Below are positions 1 to 9,995 of a stretch of 64,000 nucleotides of DNA, in pieces; position 1 is the first letter of the stretch; every line of letters begins with the position of its first letter. Origin of the DNA: the human T2T-CHM13v2.0 reference genome, Homo sapiens. The stretch lies in assembly GCF_009914755.1 (NCBI RefSeq), contig NC_060935.1, one strand, 5' to 3'. The position numbers and the translations under genes were made by a program. The notes below the pieces were generated by a model, which worked only from the letters and a program-made list of their open reading frames with translations, was not told the origin of the DNA and did no database searches.

Positions 1-37
1 AGTACGATCCTTCCTGCACTCCCTTCCAACGAGTTCA

Positions 38-258
38 GTGTCGTGGTTAAGATCATGGGCTCTGGATTCAGGCACAGCTGAAGCATCCTAGCTCTTTCAT
101 TTATTAACTGGAGGAACTTGGGCAAGTTACTTAACCCCTCTGAGTTTCACTCTCCCACATATGCAAAATGAGGATAATAGAATCCACCTTATGTGGTTCT
201 TGTGAGGCTTAAACAAGGTTGTGTATGGTTCTGTATTTGGTACCTACTAAATGTTCCC
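38..258 (+). mobile_element. MIR SINE
   Basis: Head gtggttaagatcatgggctctgga; core ttgggcaagttacttaacccctctgagtttc...aaaatgaggataata. Confidence 0.8.
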
Positions 259-539
259 CTAAAATTCTGGTTATGATCATTCCTCCACCCTACTACTTTC
301 TTCAATTCCAGCCTATGTGGTCCAAAGTCTGATGAGAAGGCATGATTAAGATTGGGAATGTGACACAAATAAAATCTTTTTAGTGTATCTTTAACCTGAA
401 GTTTCTGCATTTGTTCCAAGAAATGTTAAAAGAAAAGGGAATTCATTGTAATTCTAGCTGTCTTTATTTTTCTTCCAAGACAAAAGCATCAGAAAAACGC
501 ACAGCAGCAGCTAGCACACTGAGCCACCGCCAGTGAGCC

Positions 540-690
540 TGGACCAAAGCAATGGTGCTGCTGCTCACGGCAGAGGGACTGAGCCACAGAGACAGAGCTC
601 ATTAATGCTAATGGCCTTTGTGCAGCTAATTAGCACCATATCGCACTCAATATTTACCCTTGTGTGCTGACAAAGTTCTACTTTCTCCTT
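540..690. promoter_or_regulatory. Candidate homeodomain/SOX enhancer (repeat-free)
   Basis: cattaatg, ctaatg, palindromic gctaattagc (625-634) and ctttgt within about 50 bp; motif inference only. Confidence 0.3.
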
Positions 691-1094
691 GGGAAGCAAG
701 CTGTTTTTCTACCTGACCCATAACAAGGAAAACCTCTGATGCCAGACAACAGCTCCATGTCTGCCTAGATAGATTGGCTAGAGAGAAGCTGAGGGCCTGC
801 TACCCCGGGGTGGGGGAAGGGAGCCTGTGGTTCTCATTCCAACCCTGGGTGGAGTGTTGGGCAGCTGAAGTCTTCACCCAGTGAGGGTGCCATTTTCATG
901 ATACAACCATGCAGCTGTCAGCCCCAAGTGTCCTTCCACAACCACCATGTGCTCAGCCTCCTCCTCCTTGCTTTGGAGGAGGTGTTTCTCTGGGAGAAAC
1001 AGGGCCTGGGAGAAGGAGGTGAACCACTAAGAAAGGGATTTAGAGGGCCTGTCAAGGCAGAAATCTCCGAGAGACCTGTCCACAATCCACTCAA

Positions 1095-1350
1095 CAACCT
1101 TCAACAACTTTTAACAGAGCTCCTAAGCTATGCCATATGCCAAGGGCTGGGGACACAAAGATGGGCAAGACAGTGGGCAAGTCCCTGTTCTTGGGAGCTC
1201 TCAATCTACCTGAAGACTGACCTGTAGCAATTGTGATACAATGTGATAAGGAAGGTGCAGAGCTGAGTAGAGGAAAGGACCACTCAGGTCAGACCAGGGG
1301 GATCAAGAAGGGCTGGATGGAGGAGGAATCACTAAACTGTTGAAGCGCCT
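1095..1350 (-). mobile_element. L2 3' fragment
   Basis: Degenerate reverse-complement L2 tail: ctggggacacaaagatgggcaagacag...ccctgttcttgggagctctcaatcta. Confidence 0.65.
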
Positions 1351-1909
1351 CGAGTCCACCTCTATCAGAGAGTACTGGCACATTCCCTGTCCTCTGAAGC
1401 AACAGACTTGGAATCTGAGGATGTATCACAGCTAGGTCCGGCATGAAGTGATGCAGACAAGGATGCTGCTTTAGGTTATAGGATGTGCTTTGGAGACCAG
1501 CAGGCTAATAATTGCTCCATTAGCAGGAACCTGGGCTTGATTCTCTCAGAGGTCTCCCCTCTTAGCTCACCACAGCATTCTTCTAAAGTCCCTCCCAGCT
1601 CCCACCCACCATCTTGCTCTACAAGCAAATACTCATCACATAGATGACCCCAGGGCTGGTGGTTTCTCATCATGCCCCAAGGGATACTGGCTTGAAGCCA
1701 TTCCCTCAACCCTGTAAATTGCTTGGTTGGCCAATGCCCAGCTACTAAATGCATTGGCATTCCCGCCATGCCACCAACCATATCCAAGTTGAAGCTGTCT
1801 TGAGACCATCCATGTAGAGCACCAAGAAAGACAGTCTGAACACACCACCCCCTCCACCCCTGGAGATGTGGAGGGTTGGGCAGTCTCTGCTTTAAGATAG
1901 GAGCTGAGA

Positions 1910-2217
1910 GCCGGGTGTGGTGGCTCTCGCCTGTAATCCCAGCACTTTGGGAGGCTGAGGCGGGTGGATCATGAAGTTAGGAGATCGAGACCATCCTGGC
2001 TAACATGGTGAAACCCTGTCTCTACTAAAAATACAAAAAATTAGCCGGGCGTGTTGGCAGGTGCCTGTAGTCCCAGCTACTCGGGAGGCTGAGGCAGGAG
2101 ACTGGTGTGAACCCGGGAGGCAGAGCTTGCAGCCTTCAGTGAGCGGAGATTGCGCCACTGCACTCCAGCCTGGGCAACAGTGCAAGACTCCATCTCAAAA
2201 AAAAAAAAAAAAAAAAA
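1910..2217 (+). mobile_element. AluY-like, full length
   Basis: gagatcgagaccatcctggctaaca diagnostic; A21 tail; TSD aagataggagctgaga (1894-1909) / aagatgggagctgaga (2216-2231). Confidence 0.97.
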
Positions 2218-3111
2218 GATGGGAGCTGAGACTAGATGATGGTCTCTTGCTGCAAAGGTAACCACAACCAGTGGCTTCTCATCAAACACCAGTGCCTGAC
2301 CACCCACTCATCACATTCATAGACACACACATACCATAGCCTGTTGTCAGCTTCTGTTCTCCAGAGCACCACTGAAGACTGTGTAGGTGGAGTTGTCCAA
2401 CAAGGCTCCATGAATGGGCTCCTTGCTGGCCATTCTCTTTGAGATGAAAGGACTGCAGATCAAGCTGTATGGTCAGAGAAGGACTCAGTTTCAGTCACCA
2501 CATTATGTGCTGCTAGATAGCTGAGGCTACACGAGGAAGTTGCAGGATCAATGTGGGGGCTGGCTTTTCCCCAGTGGATCATTCCCATGGAGCTCTCCAC
2601 AGGCCTGAACTGGCCCAAGGAATTGAATTAGACCACAAAAGGATGTCCGGCCCCACCTAGCCCTGCCCAGCCTGCTACCTGGAGCTGGCTTCTAAGTAGA
2701 AAAGAAGACTGTACAGTTGGTAAAAGCTGGTGCCTACTTCTAGGTCTCTGTTGCCCTGAAGCTGTTTCTAGGTTATCCCCACAGCTTTCCCAGTCTCTAT
2801 GCCTTTCATTCTCTCCTTAGGTGAGCCTAAGGGCATTGTTTCAGGACAAAACTAGACAAACAGCTGAGATAGAAACAGCCTTGATTTCAGCACAAGTCCT
2901 GCCCTCGTAAGTCCCAACCCTTCCCCACTGGCCTGGCCTGGGATACACCCAGACTTATGGCAGCCACACACAAATGCCCAGCCTGACTTGGGCTGGGGCT
3001 ACTTCTCCCACATATAACAGTCCTCTCCCCTATGACATACACACATACACACACACAGAGCCTCCAGGAAACTGCCTCAGCTTGCTCAGAAAGGCAAATG
3101 CACATGATTTT

Positions 3112-3282
3112 CAAATGTCAGAGCTGGGAAGGAATCTAGAAGTCATCCAGCTTAGCATCCTCTTGACAGATGGCTGGAACCAAAGCCTTGAAAGGAGGAT
3201 CAACTTGCCTACTGTCACCTGGCATGTTCCTAGCACATCCTTGTCTCCTGACTCCCAGAGCAGTGCTCTTCACAGACCATCA
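3112..3282 (-). mobile_element. MIR3/MIR SINE
   Basis: agagctgggaaggaatctagaagtcatccag...tcctgactcccagagcagtgctctt. Confidence 0.6.
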
Positions 3283-3424
3283 AGTTGCCTCCTGGCCTGT
3301 ACCTTCAGCAACCACCACATCAGCTTCTGCTCAGGTTCTTCCCTCTACTGCAGAGGTGGTCAGAAGCTGGCAATTATGACTGATAAGGGGTTTTGAGATT
3401 TAGCCTCCATCTGAAGAAGCTGGG

Positions 3425-4208
3425 CTATATGGTATGCTGGTTAGCAAAGGGAATCAGAATATGCCTTCCAAAGTATACCACTGAAGGCAATTAAGATGTA
3501 CCAAACGTGGCAAGAGCTCTCTACCTTCTCTCTGCCTAGAAGCAGTGCATAATTTTCCCTTTGTGAAGGTGTTCCCCCTTCCCTGTTCTGTACAGTGAAC
3601 AAGCCTTATATTAGAGACAAAACGTCAGTGCCCACATGGCTCTACATAGGTAAACCTCACTAAAATAACTCTTATCTTACCTCAAATATTAGTTTTCCTC
3701 ATATATTTACCTCCCCACAGTAAACTGTAGCCCAGCCACCCCTTAACCTATTTCCCTTGTTCTCCACTTTTATTATCCTTTGTTAAGATGGTACATAAGC
3801 CCCAAATTCTAATACTCCTTTGAGTTACTCATCACAGAGCTCTCCCACATGTATGCCTGTTACACGGGTAAATAAACTCTGTATTTTTCCTCCTGCTAAT
3901 CTACCTTTCGTCAGTTTAATTCAAAGGCTCCAGGCACTAAACATAAGATAGTAGAGCACAAATATTTTTCCTCTCCTACATTAGGAGCCCAACTATCGCA
4001 GCACCTAGGTCTGAATCCCAGTTCAATCACTAAGTAGTGGTATAAACTTGGCAGGTTACTTTACCTCTCTGGGTCTCAGTTTCATCATTTGCTAAATGGA
4101 ATAATAATATAACCTACCTCACAAATTGTTGTACATATTAAATGAGCTAATATTAAAGAACATGTCACAGAGGAAGCATTATATGAACCTAGGTTATTAT
4201 TATTATTA
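3425..4208 (+). mobile_element. MIR SINE split by an LTR insertion
   Basis: Head tatggtatgctggttag before the LTR; resumes at 3985 with gagc...gaatcccag...ttacctctctgggtctcagtttc...acctacctcac. Confidence 0.75.
3445..3980 (+). mobile_element. ERV1 solo LTR, MER34/MER39 family
   Basis: Starts aagggaatcagaatatgcc, ends ttttcctctcctaca; internal aataaa (3870-3875); 4-bp TSD ttag (3441-3444 / 3981-3984). Confidence 0.8.
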
Positions 4209-4340
4209 GGGTGCTTTTTATAAATGTATATTCAAATCCTCACCCTTAGAGATTCTGAGTCAATACATCTGTGTTGGGAACCCATAATCTGCATTTTAGC
4301 AAACACCCCTAGTGGCTTTAATAGGAGTGTGGGTGTTGGG
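4209..4340. mobile_element. MER5A-like hAT-Charlie MITE
   Basis: agagattctgagtcaatacatctg...atctgcattttagcaaacacccc. Confidence 0.65.
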
Positions 4341-4494
4341 TAGCTCCAAGGACAGTATTAGGAGAAACCTTGTTTTCAAAGTTGGGGAAGTGTGTATTGA
4401 TCCCATTCTGGTAGGTAAAAGGCTTTCAATGACCCTATTAGCTTTCTTGTCTGAATCTCTACACCCACATTTCTCAAAGTCATCTCCTGCCAGG

Positions 4495-4630
4495 AAGGCT
4501 TATTAAAAGACTAATTATCAGGCTTCATCCCGAACTTCCTGATCCAACTCTTGAGCTAGGCTTTGGGAAACGGCCTTTTAAATACTACCCTCCTGCCAAA
4601 GTGATTCAGAGGTGCACTGAAATTTGGGAT
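4495..4630. mobile_element. MER5-like fragment
   Basis: gtgattcagaggtgcactgaaatttggga resembles the MER5 end. Confidence 0.4.
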
Positions 4631-5039
4631 TCACTGACAAAGAGTGGGTTTCTATGGCCTGGCCCAGCCCAGCATGTTGGAATGCTGACCACTGAAGATC
4701 CCTGTGGACCAGTGCTGCTGACAAGAGAGCCCTGGGTTGTCCTTTACTCCCCCTCACCTCACCCACTCAGGCTGCCACTCCACAGATCTTGTTCCCAGCC
4801 TGGGTGGCATTTCCATGCCAGCCCCTCATTTCCTGCCAAGAACAGAGCCGGCCTCTCTGATCCACTGGCTCTCTGCCCAGCTAGGCAGTAGGTGGCATCC
4901 GTGAAGACTGCTTTGCCCTCTTCTCCCTCCAGACTGCGAGGCTGTGCTGCAGAGGGAGAAGAAGAGATCAGGAGCATCATTTAAGAGGCTGCTCAGACCA
5001 AGCACAGGGAGCGGCCAGGAAGACAATCTTCAGCCCAGA

Positions 5040-5480
5040 CAGCCCCTCCCACCCTGCCCAGACCTCTGTGTACTCATGTAAAGATAATTCAGTTACTGGG
5101 AATGCAGACCGGAGAGATAACCTGATTTAGAAGCTGAAACCATGTGAACAAGGGAGGGAGGCTGAGGTGCAGGAAACAGCTCTTACCAACCCAGGAAGGC
5201 TGAAATAGTAAACAGGGAAAGGGGGATTGGGTAGAGAAACAGTGGGTGGCTGCCTAGAAAGGATTATTGCTGGTTTGGGTGTTGGCAGGTGGAACCCCCA
5301 CCCTCAGCCAATCCAAGGGTTTACTCACCCCTGTGAAAGCCTCTGTGAATTCACTTTTTCTAGAGTGTTCAGGTAGCCGTCATCTGGCTTATACAGCCAT
5401 CCAGGGAGGAGATAAGTAGAGAAACCTATAAAGTGTCAGGAAGAAAAAAAACTTTTCTAAGGTTTAATTTGAGTCATTGA
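5040..5480. promoter_or_regulatory. Candidate GATA/KLF/ETS/AP-1 (haematopoietic-type) enhancer or promoter
   Basis: AGATAA at 5082, 5115, 5410; CACCC boxes; CCAAT 5308; CAGGAA x3; TATAAAG 5427; TGAGTCA 5470. Confidence 0.4.
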
Positions 5481-6359
5481 TCACCAACTACCCTAGGAAC
5501 AAGTTATTTCAGTGTGAGCCATCATCTGTGAAAGCTGGTGGCTTGGCTACTGCAGGATCCTCAGGGGAGGAGGCTTCTGTGATGCTCAGATCAAGGTCAG
5601 AGGCTTGGGGACCCTTCCTCCCCCTCTTCTTCCTTCATATCAGAGATCCAGCATCCCCTGGGCAAAGTCCAGAGCGGCATCCCTCCTCCATGAGCCCAGC
5701 TATAGTGCCTCTTCTATAGTCTCACATCCTTTGTTGCCTGGAAGTTCTCCCTGCAGTCTCATTTCCACACACTTGCATCTTTGGAGGGAGATGCTCTGGT
5801 GGAAAGCAGGCTAGCTTGCCCCTGTAAAGAAAAGGAAGTGACTAAGAATCTTGGAGAGCAGTTCCTTCCATTTATCTCTGTCTACTTCTCCTAGCATAGG
5901 GAGATCTTTCTCTGCAAATGATTTGTCTTTTTTATAACCTGCCTATTCCATAGCAGATGAGTTCAAGACAGTGAAGATCAGTCCTCAGACATTTTAGACT
6001 AGATTTGTAGACTGAAACAACAGAGCAGGGGCCCACCCACTCTGCAGGTGCCAGCTAGTGAGACCAGACACATAACCACCAGATTCACTGCGGGGAGTTG
6101 GGGCGGGGAGGTGGCTGCACCCTTCTCTGGGGAACAGCTGCCTCTGAGCAGCACTGGAAGCTCCTACATTAACTAGGCAGAGGACAAACCAGCAATAAAG
6201 GAGTTAAGCAACAGCCAGACATCACCCCCCACAACCCCCTCCCTCTGGACCCAGATGAATAACCAGTCAGTAAAATGACCCCAATGGAAGGAGTCCAGAA
6301 TCGTCCACGCTGATCTCAGGAGGTATCTGCACTACTCACAGCACAAATCAGATCACTCA

Positions 6360-6940
6360 GAGTGAAGATGGCGCGGGGCGGGGCGGTGGAAGGGAGACCA
6401 GGGAGAAGACATTGCCTGAGCAGGGACCGGCCCGGGGCAGAACCTTCAGCTCCTGGGCCTGAACCTGGAATTTGTATTAGAAGAGAGAGCTCTCTGAGGG
6501 ACCTGGCCCTTTTGAGTCTGCCTGTCTGCATTTTTTTCTTGAGAATTTGTTAGCGCTCAAGAAGAGGCGTTCCCTGTTGAGTTGGCTTTCCCTGGTGTGG
6601 TAAGGCAACAGAGAGCCTTCTCTTGGCAGCTAATCCTTCACCGAAGCTGTCAGGATGAGATGAATTACTAGGAGGAAAATAAATCAGATTTGCGAGAGCA
6701 TCGGAAAGGCCGAGCCCCCAGAGTCTGACAGAAACCAGAGACCCCCACCCTTCCATTCTGGCGGAAGCACCCACTCACCCACTCGGGGGCCTTGACTGCC
6801 CCCACAGCTCCGCCCTCTCCCGGTCCCAGCTTCTGCCCAATGACAGGAGAGAGCTGCCCCTTGGCTTCCCCCAACGTCCCACAGGCTCCTCTGCTTGAGG
6901 CTTAGTCCCTGGGAAAGGCCTGCAGATTTATAGGCCTCAG
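6360..6940. promoter_or_regulatory. GC-rich promoter-like region
   Basis: YY1-like AAGATGGCG (6366) next to tandem GC boxes; GCGGAAG (6761); CCAATGACAG (6837); minus-strand TATAAAT (6932-6926); locally raised CpG. Confidence 0.4.
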
Positions 6941-7510
6941 CTGCAGACATTCCACCTTGCCATTCCTTCCCCTCACGGCCTCTGAGCACCCTTCTGAGTC
7001 CCTCTGTCTCTCAGCAGTGCCCACAGTGTTTGATGGTCATGGGGCAGGAAGAGGAGGCTGACCTCTGGATCCAGAGACTCCCAGCTTGAAGGGGTCACTC
7101 CTTCCTCAGGCTGGAGTGCCACTCTCCTGGGACCTGCACTGCTGTGACCTGCTATTAGCTCAGAGGTGCCTGTCCAAAAAACAGCAGGACTATTCATTTC
7201 ATTACAGGCCCAGCAGTGGAGCAGGGGCCCTTTCCTCTCTAGAATATTCTACCCAGTAATAATCTTCAGGCTAAGCCTGCATCGACAGTACTCAGGAAAC
7301 CCCACCTCCTCAAACCAAATTACATGTCCCCAGTTTGAGAACAATGTGAGCTAAGTCTAATAAAGTTATAAAAATGTCAATGGGTTGTTTGTGTGGGAAG
7401 AGAATGGCTGGAGGTGGAAATGTGGTGTCATGAAAAAGGCTGCAGACTTGGACTCAGGAATCATGGATCCAGGACTCATGGCTCATTATCTCAGTGGGGA
7501 CCCGGGGCTG

Positions 7511-7606
7511 GGTTCCTCCTGACCTGGAGGAAGGCCGGGTTCCATCATTGGCTGCTGAGGTTCCTCCTGACCTGGAGGAAGGCCGGGTTCCATCATTGGC
7601 TGCTGA
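7511..7606. repeat. Perfect 2 x 48-bp tandem duplication
   Basis: ggttcctcctgacctggaggaaggccgggttccatcattggctgctga at 7511-7558 and 7559-7606. Confidence 0.98.
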
Positions 7607-8054
7607 AGTCTCTCTGATGATGAGTTAGGGAGCTTCCTTAGAAGCTAGTCATTGTCAAAATAATTGTTAAAGAATAATGGGTGTAGAAAGTGAATTGAGA
7701 ATGAAGGGAGAGAATGAGGAATGAGAGATCAGGGACACAATCTGAGAGCTGGGAGCTGGCACCCAGCCCAGGAAGCAGTGCTGTGTTCCTAGGGCCAAGA
7801 GGTCCAAGAGTTCAGCCAGCCATACTTACCCAGAGCCAGGTCCTGGAGAAGCACTTGGTGGGTGATGCTCCAGGGTAAGGCCAGGGACCAGGGATCCCCC
7901 GATAGGTGCCTCAGGCTCCTCCCTAGGAAAGCTGCATCCTCGGTTGGCTCAGGGTCTGGTGGGGCTCGGCCACCTGACTGGGGAACCTGGCTATCATCAT
8001 GCCTGAACTGTCCGAACTGCGTGTGATTTAGCTCAAACCTCCACTGGGTGGCAG

Positions 8055-8260
8055 AGCAGTTGGGCATGATAGAAAGAGCACTAGGTTAGTTGGGCACTCT
8101 TGAGCAGGCTGTTGACACTTGTGAGCCCCGGCTGGCCATCTGAAAACATCGCTAAAACATCTGTACTTTGCAGAGTTGTTCTAAGGATCAGATGCAACGA
8201 ATGAGGAGCACTGCAGACAGCCTTTAGCAGCAATGGGTAGTCATCTTGTGTTAGTTATTA
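8055..8260 (+). mobile_element. Degenerate MIR
   Basis: gatagaaagagcactagg head and cagagttgttctaaggatcagatg tail. Confidence 0.5.
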
Positions 8261-8559
8261 GATAATATTGTTTAGTTTATGCAGTCTCATAAACAGTATG
8301 AATAATATAAGGAGGAGAACAATGCCCACCCCTCAGGGTAACCATTCTTCGGGTACAGATGAGGCCAGGAGCAATGGTAGCTCCCTCTCCTGTCCAACTT
8401 CCTCCACTGTCTGCACCCCCTCCTCTCCCAGGCAGGACCCAGGAAGCCAGAAAGCGCAGGTGAGCCCAGCGGTGGATCTAGCTGTGTAAATCTGGAGAAA
8501 GCAGAGAGAGGCAGGAAAACTGAGGTGTCTTAGAACCATTTGTGTAAACTGTTTAGACT

Positions 8560-9140
8560 CTGAGGGAGCAAAGATTAATGTGAAAATCCCATTCCAAGAA
8601 GCTAGTGGCCATACATCAGCAGTGCCTTCAAGATTGGATACGAATCCGAGGTTTGGGGGAAAGTAAGTAATGTGCCGATTAACGAATCACAGCTCTGAGA
8701 GAGATGAGAGAAAAATCTCTCTCTCCACTTCACTCAGTCAAGCCCAATTTACTGCTCATATTTCTGTCATAAATGTCTGAGAGAAGCAGAGCCCTGCAGG
8801 CACGGAGACTGGTCTGACAGGGGAATGGACCTCTCTGGAAGGAAGGAGGAAGCAGACCTCTGCATTCATGGCTACAAGAAGGAGCCAGTGTGAGGGCACC
8901 CAGTGGGCCCTGGCAGAGGGATGCCTTTGGCTGGGCAGCCAGAGAAGCTAAAAGTATTTCAATTGAAAGAAAAATGTCCTTATCCACCTAACTATCCTTT
9001 GAGACCAGGAGGAGAAATTGACAATGTTGATTCATTTAGCTCAGCAGTATTCAGGTCAAAATCAATCTTGTCAAAAATCCATCACCACACTCAATAAGTA
9101 AGAAAAGGGATCCAGGATCCAGGGGGAATCAATCACACCC
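8560..9140. promoter_or_regulatory. Candidate PBX-HOX/MEIS developmental enhancer
   Basis: ATCCATCA 9077, ATCAATCA 9128, TGACAA 9019, TTGTCA 9068, CTGTCATAAA 8764, ACAATG 9021 in repeat-free DNA. Confidence 0.4.
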
Positions 9141-9739
9141 CATCAGGGAGCAGCCAAAAACAGATCTATCATGGCCCCTTGACGGAGGCTTCCATTACTT
9201 AACACGCTATTTCCTGAATGCACCCTAGGGACCCCACCCAAGGTCATGGGCACCAGCCCCCAGCAGCAGCCAGAACTAAGATGGCCCAAGAACAGGTGGT
9301 CACTCTACTGATTATCTCTCTGCTTCCGGAGCATCAACATTCAGCAGGCTGGCAAGGCCCAGCAGAAGTCATTTCATACATTCCTTAACTTCAAGAATCA
9401 TTGTCACATAACTCTCCTGCTGTCCCCAAATCACTGTGGCTGCCTCATATGTGTAGGAAAGGGAAATAATAGCAGTCTAGCAGCTTCTCCACTGGACCAA
9501 GCTCAGGCTGCTTCAGTCCCCTGCTGGGAAAAGCAGAGTGGTCCCTGCAGAGCTTCTCAGTCTTAAGGAATCACAAGATGCAGAAGTCAAGACTTGCTTC
9601 TTTGTCCCTGGGCCAGAATCCAGCATCCCCTGAGGGTCACATTATGGCAACCCTGACTCCTCCAGACTCAAAGGAAGTGTGTGAGTGGGGCCACAGAATG
9701 TTCCCTGGGAGCCCAGTGATGGCGAGGCCTGGGCCCCGT

Positions 9740-9930
9740 CCCCACCATTCACTAGCTATGTGAGTTTGAGCCAAATATTAAACTTCCATGTGCCTCACTT
9801 TCTCGTATGTAAAATAGAAATCATAACAATGCATACCTCTTAGGATTATTGAAGATTCAGTGGGACTTCTCATGTGGAGAACTGACATACAGATAGTGCT
9901 AAGTAGGTGAAAACTCTCATTAGACAATGG
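9740..9930 (+). mobile_element. MIR SINE
   Basis: actagctatgtga...tgtgcctcactttctcgtatgtaaaatagaaat core. Confidence 0.75.
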
Positions 9931-9995
9931 TTCCTTCGGGCACTGGGTTTTTGCTTCTCTTCTCATCTTTCTACCGCAAACAACTTCCAAAAAGT

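Noticed and set aside
2133-2139. AluYb8 call based on the 7-bp insertion
   Set aside because: Wrong position and sequence; the Yb8 gcagtcc duplication is absent
7511-7606. Direct repeats with a hairpin resembling a CRISPR repeat
   Set aside because: Only two abutting copies, no spacers, primate context
8041-8054. CTCF-like motifs (ccactgggtggcag; also gcagtaggtggcat near 4885)
   Set aside because: Mismatches at core positions; not distinguishable from background without ChIP data
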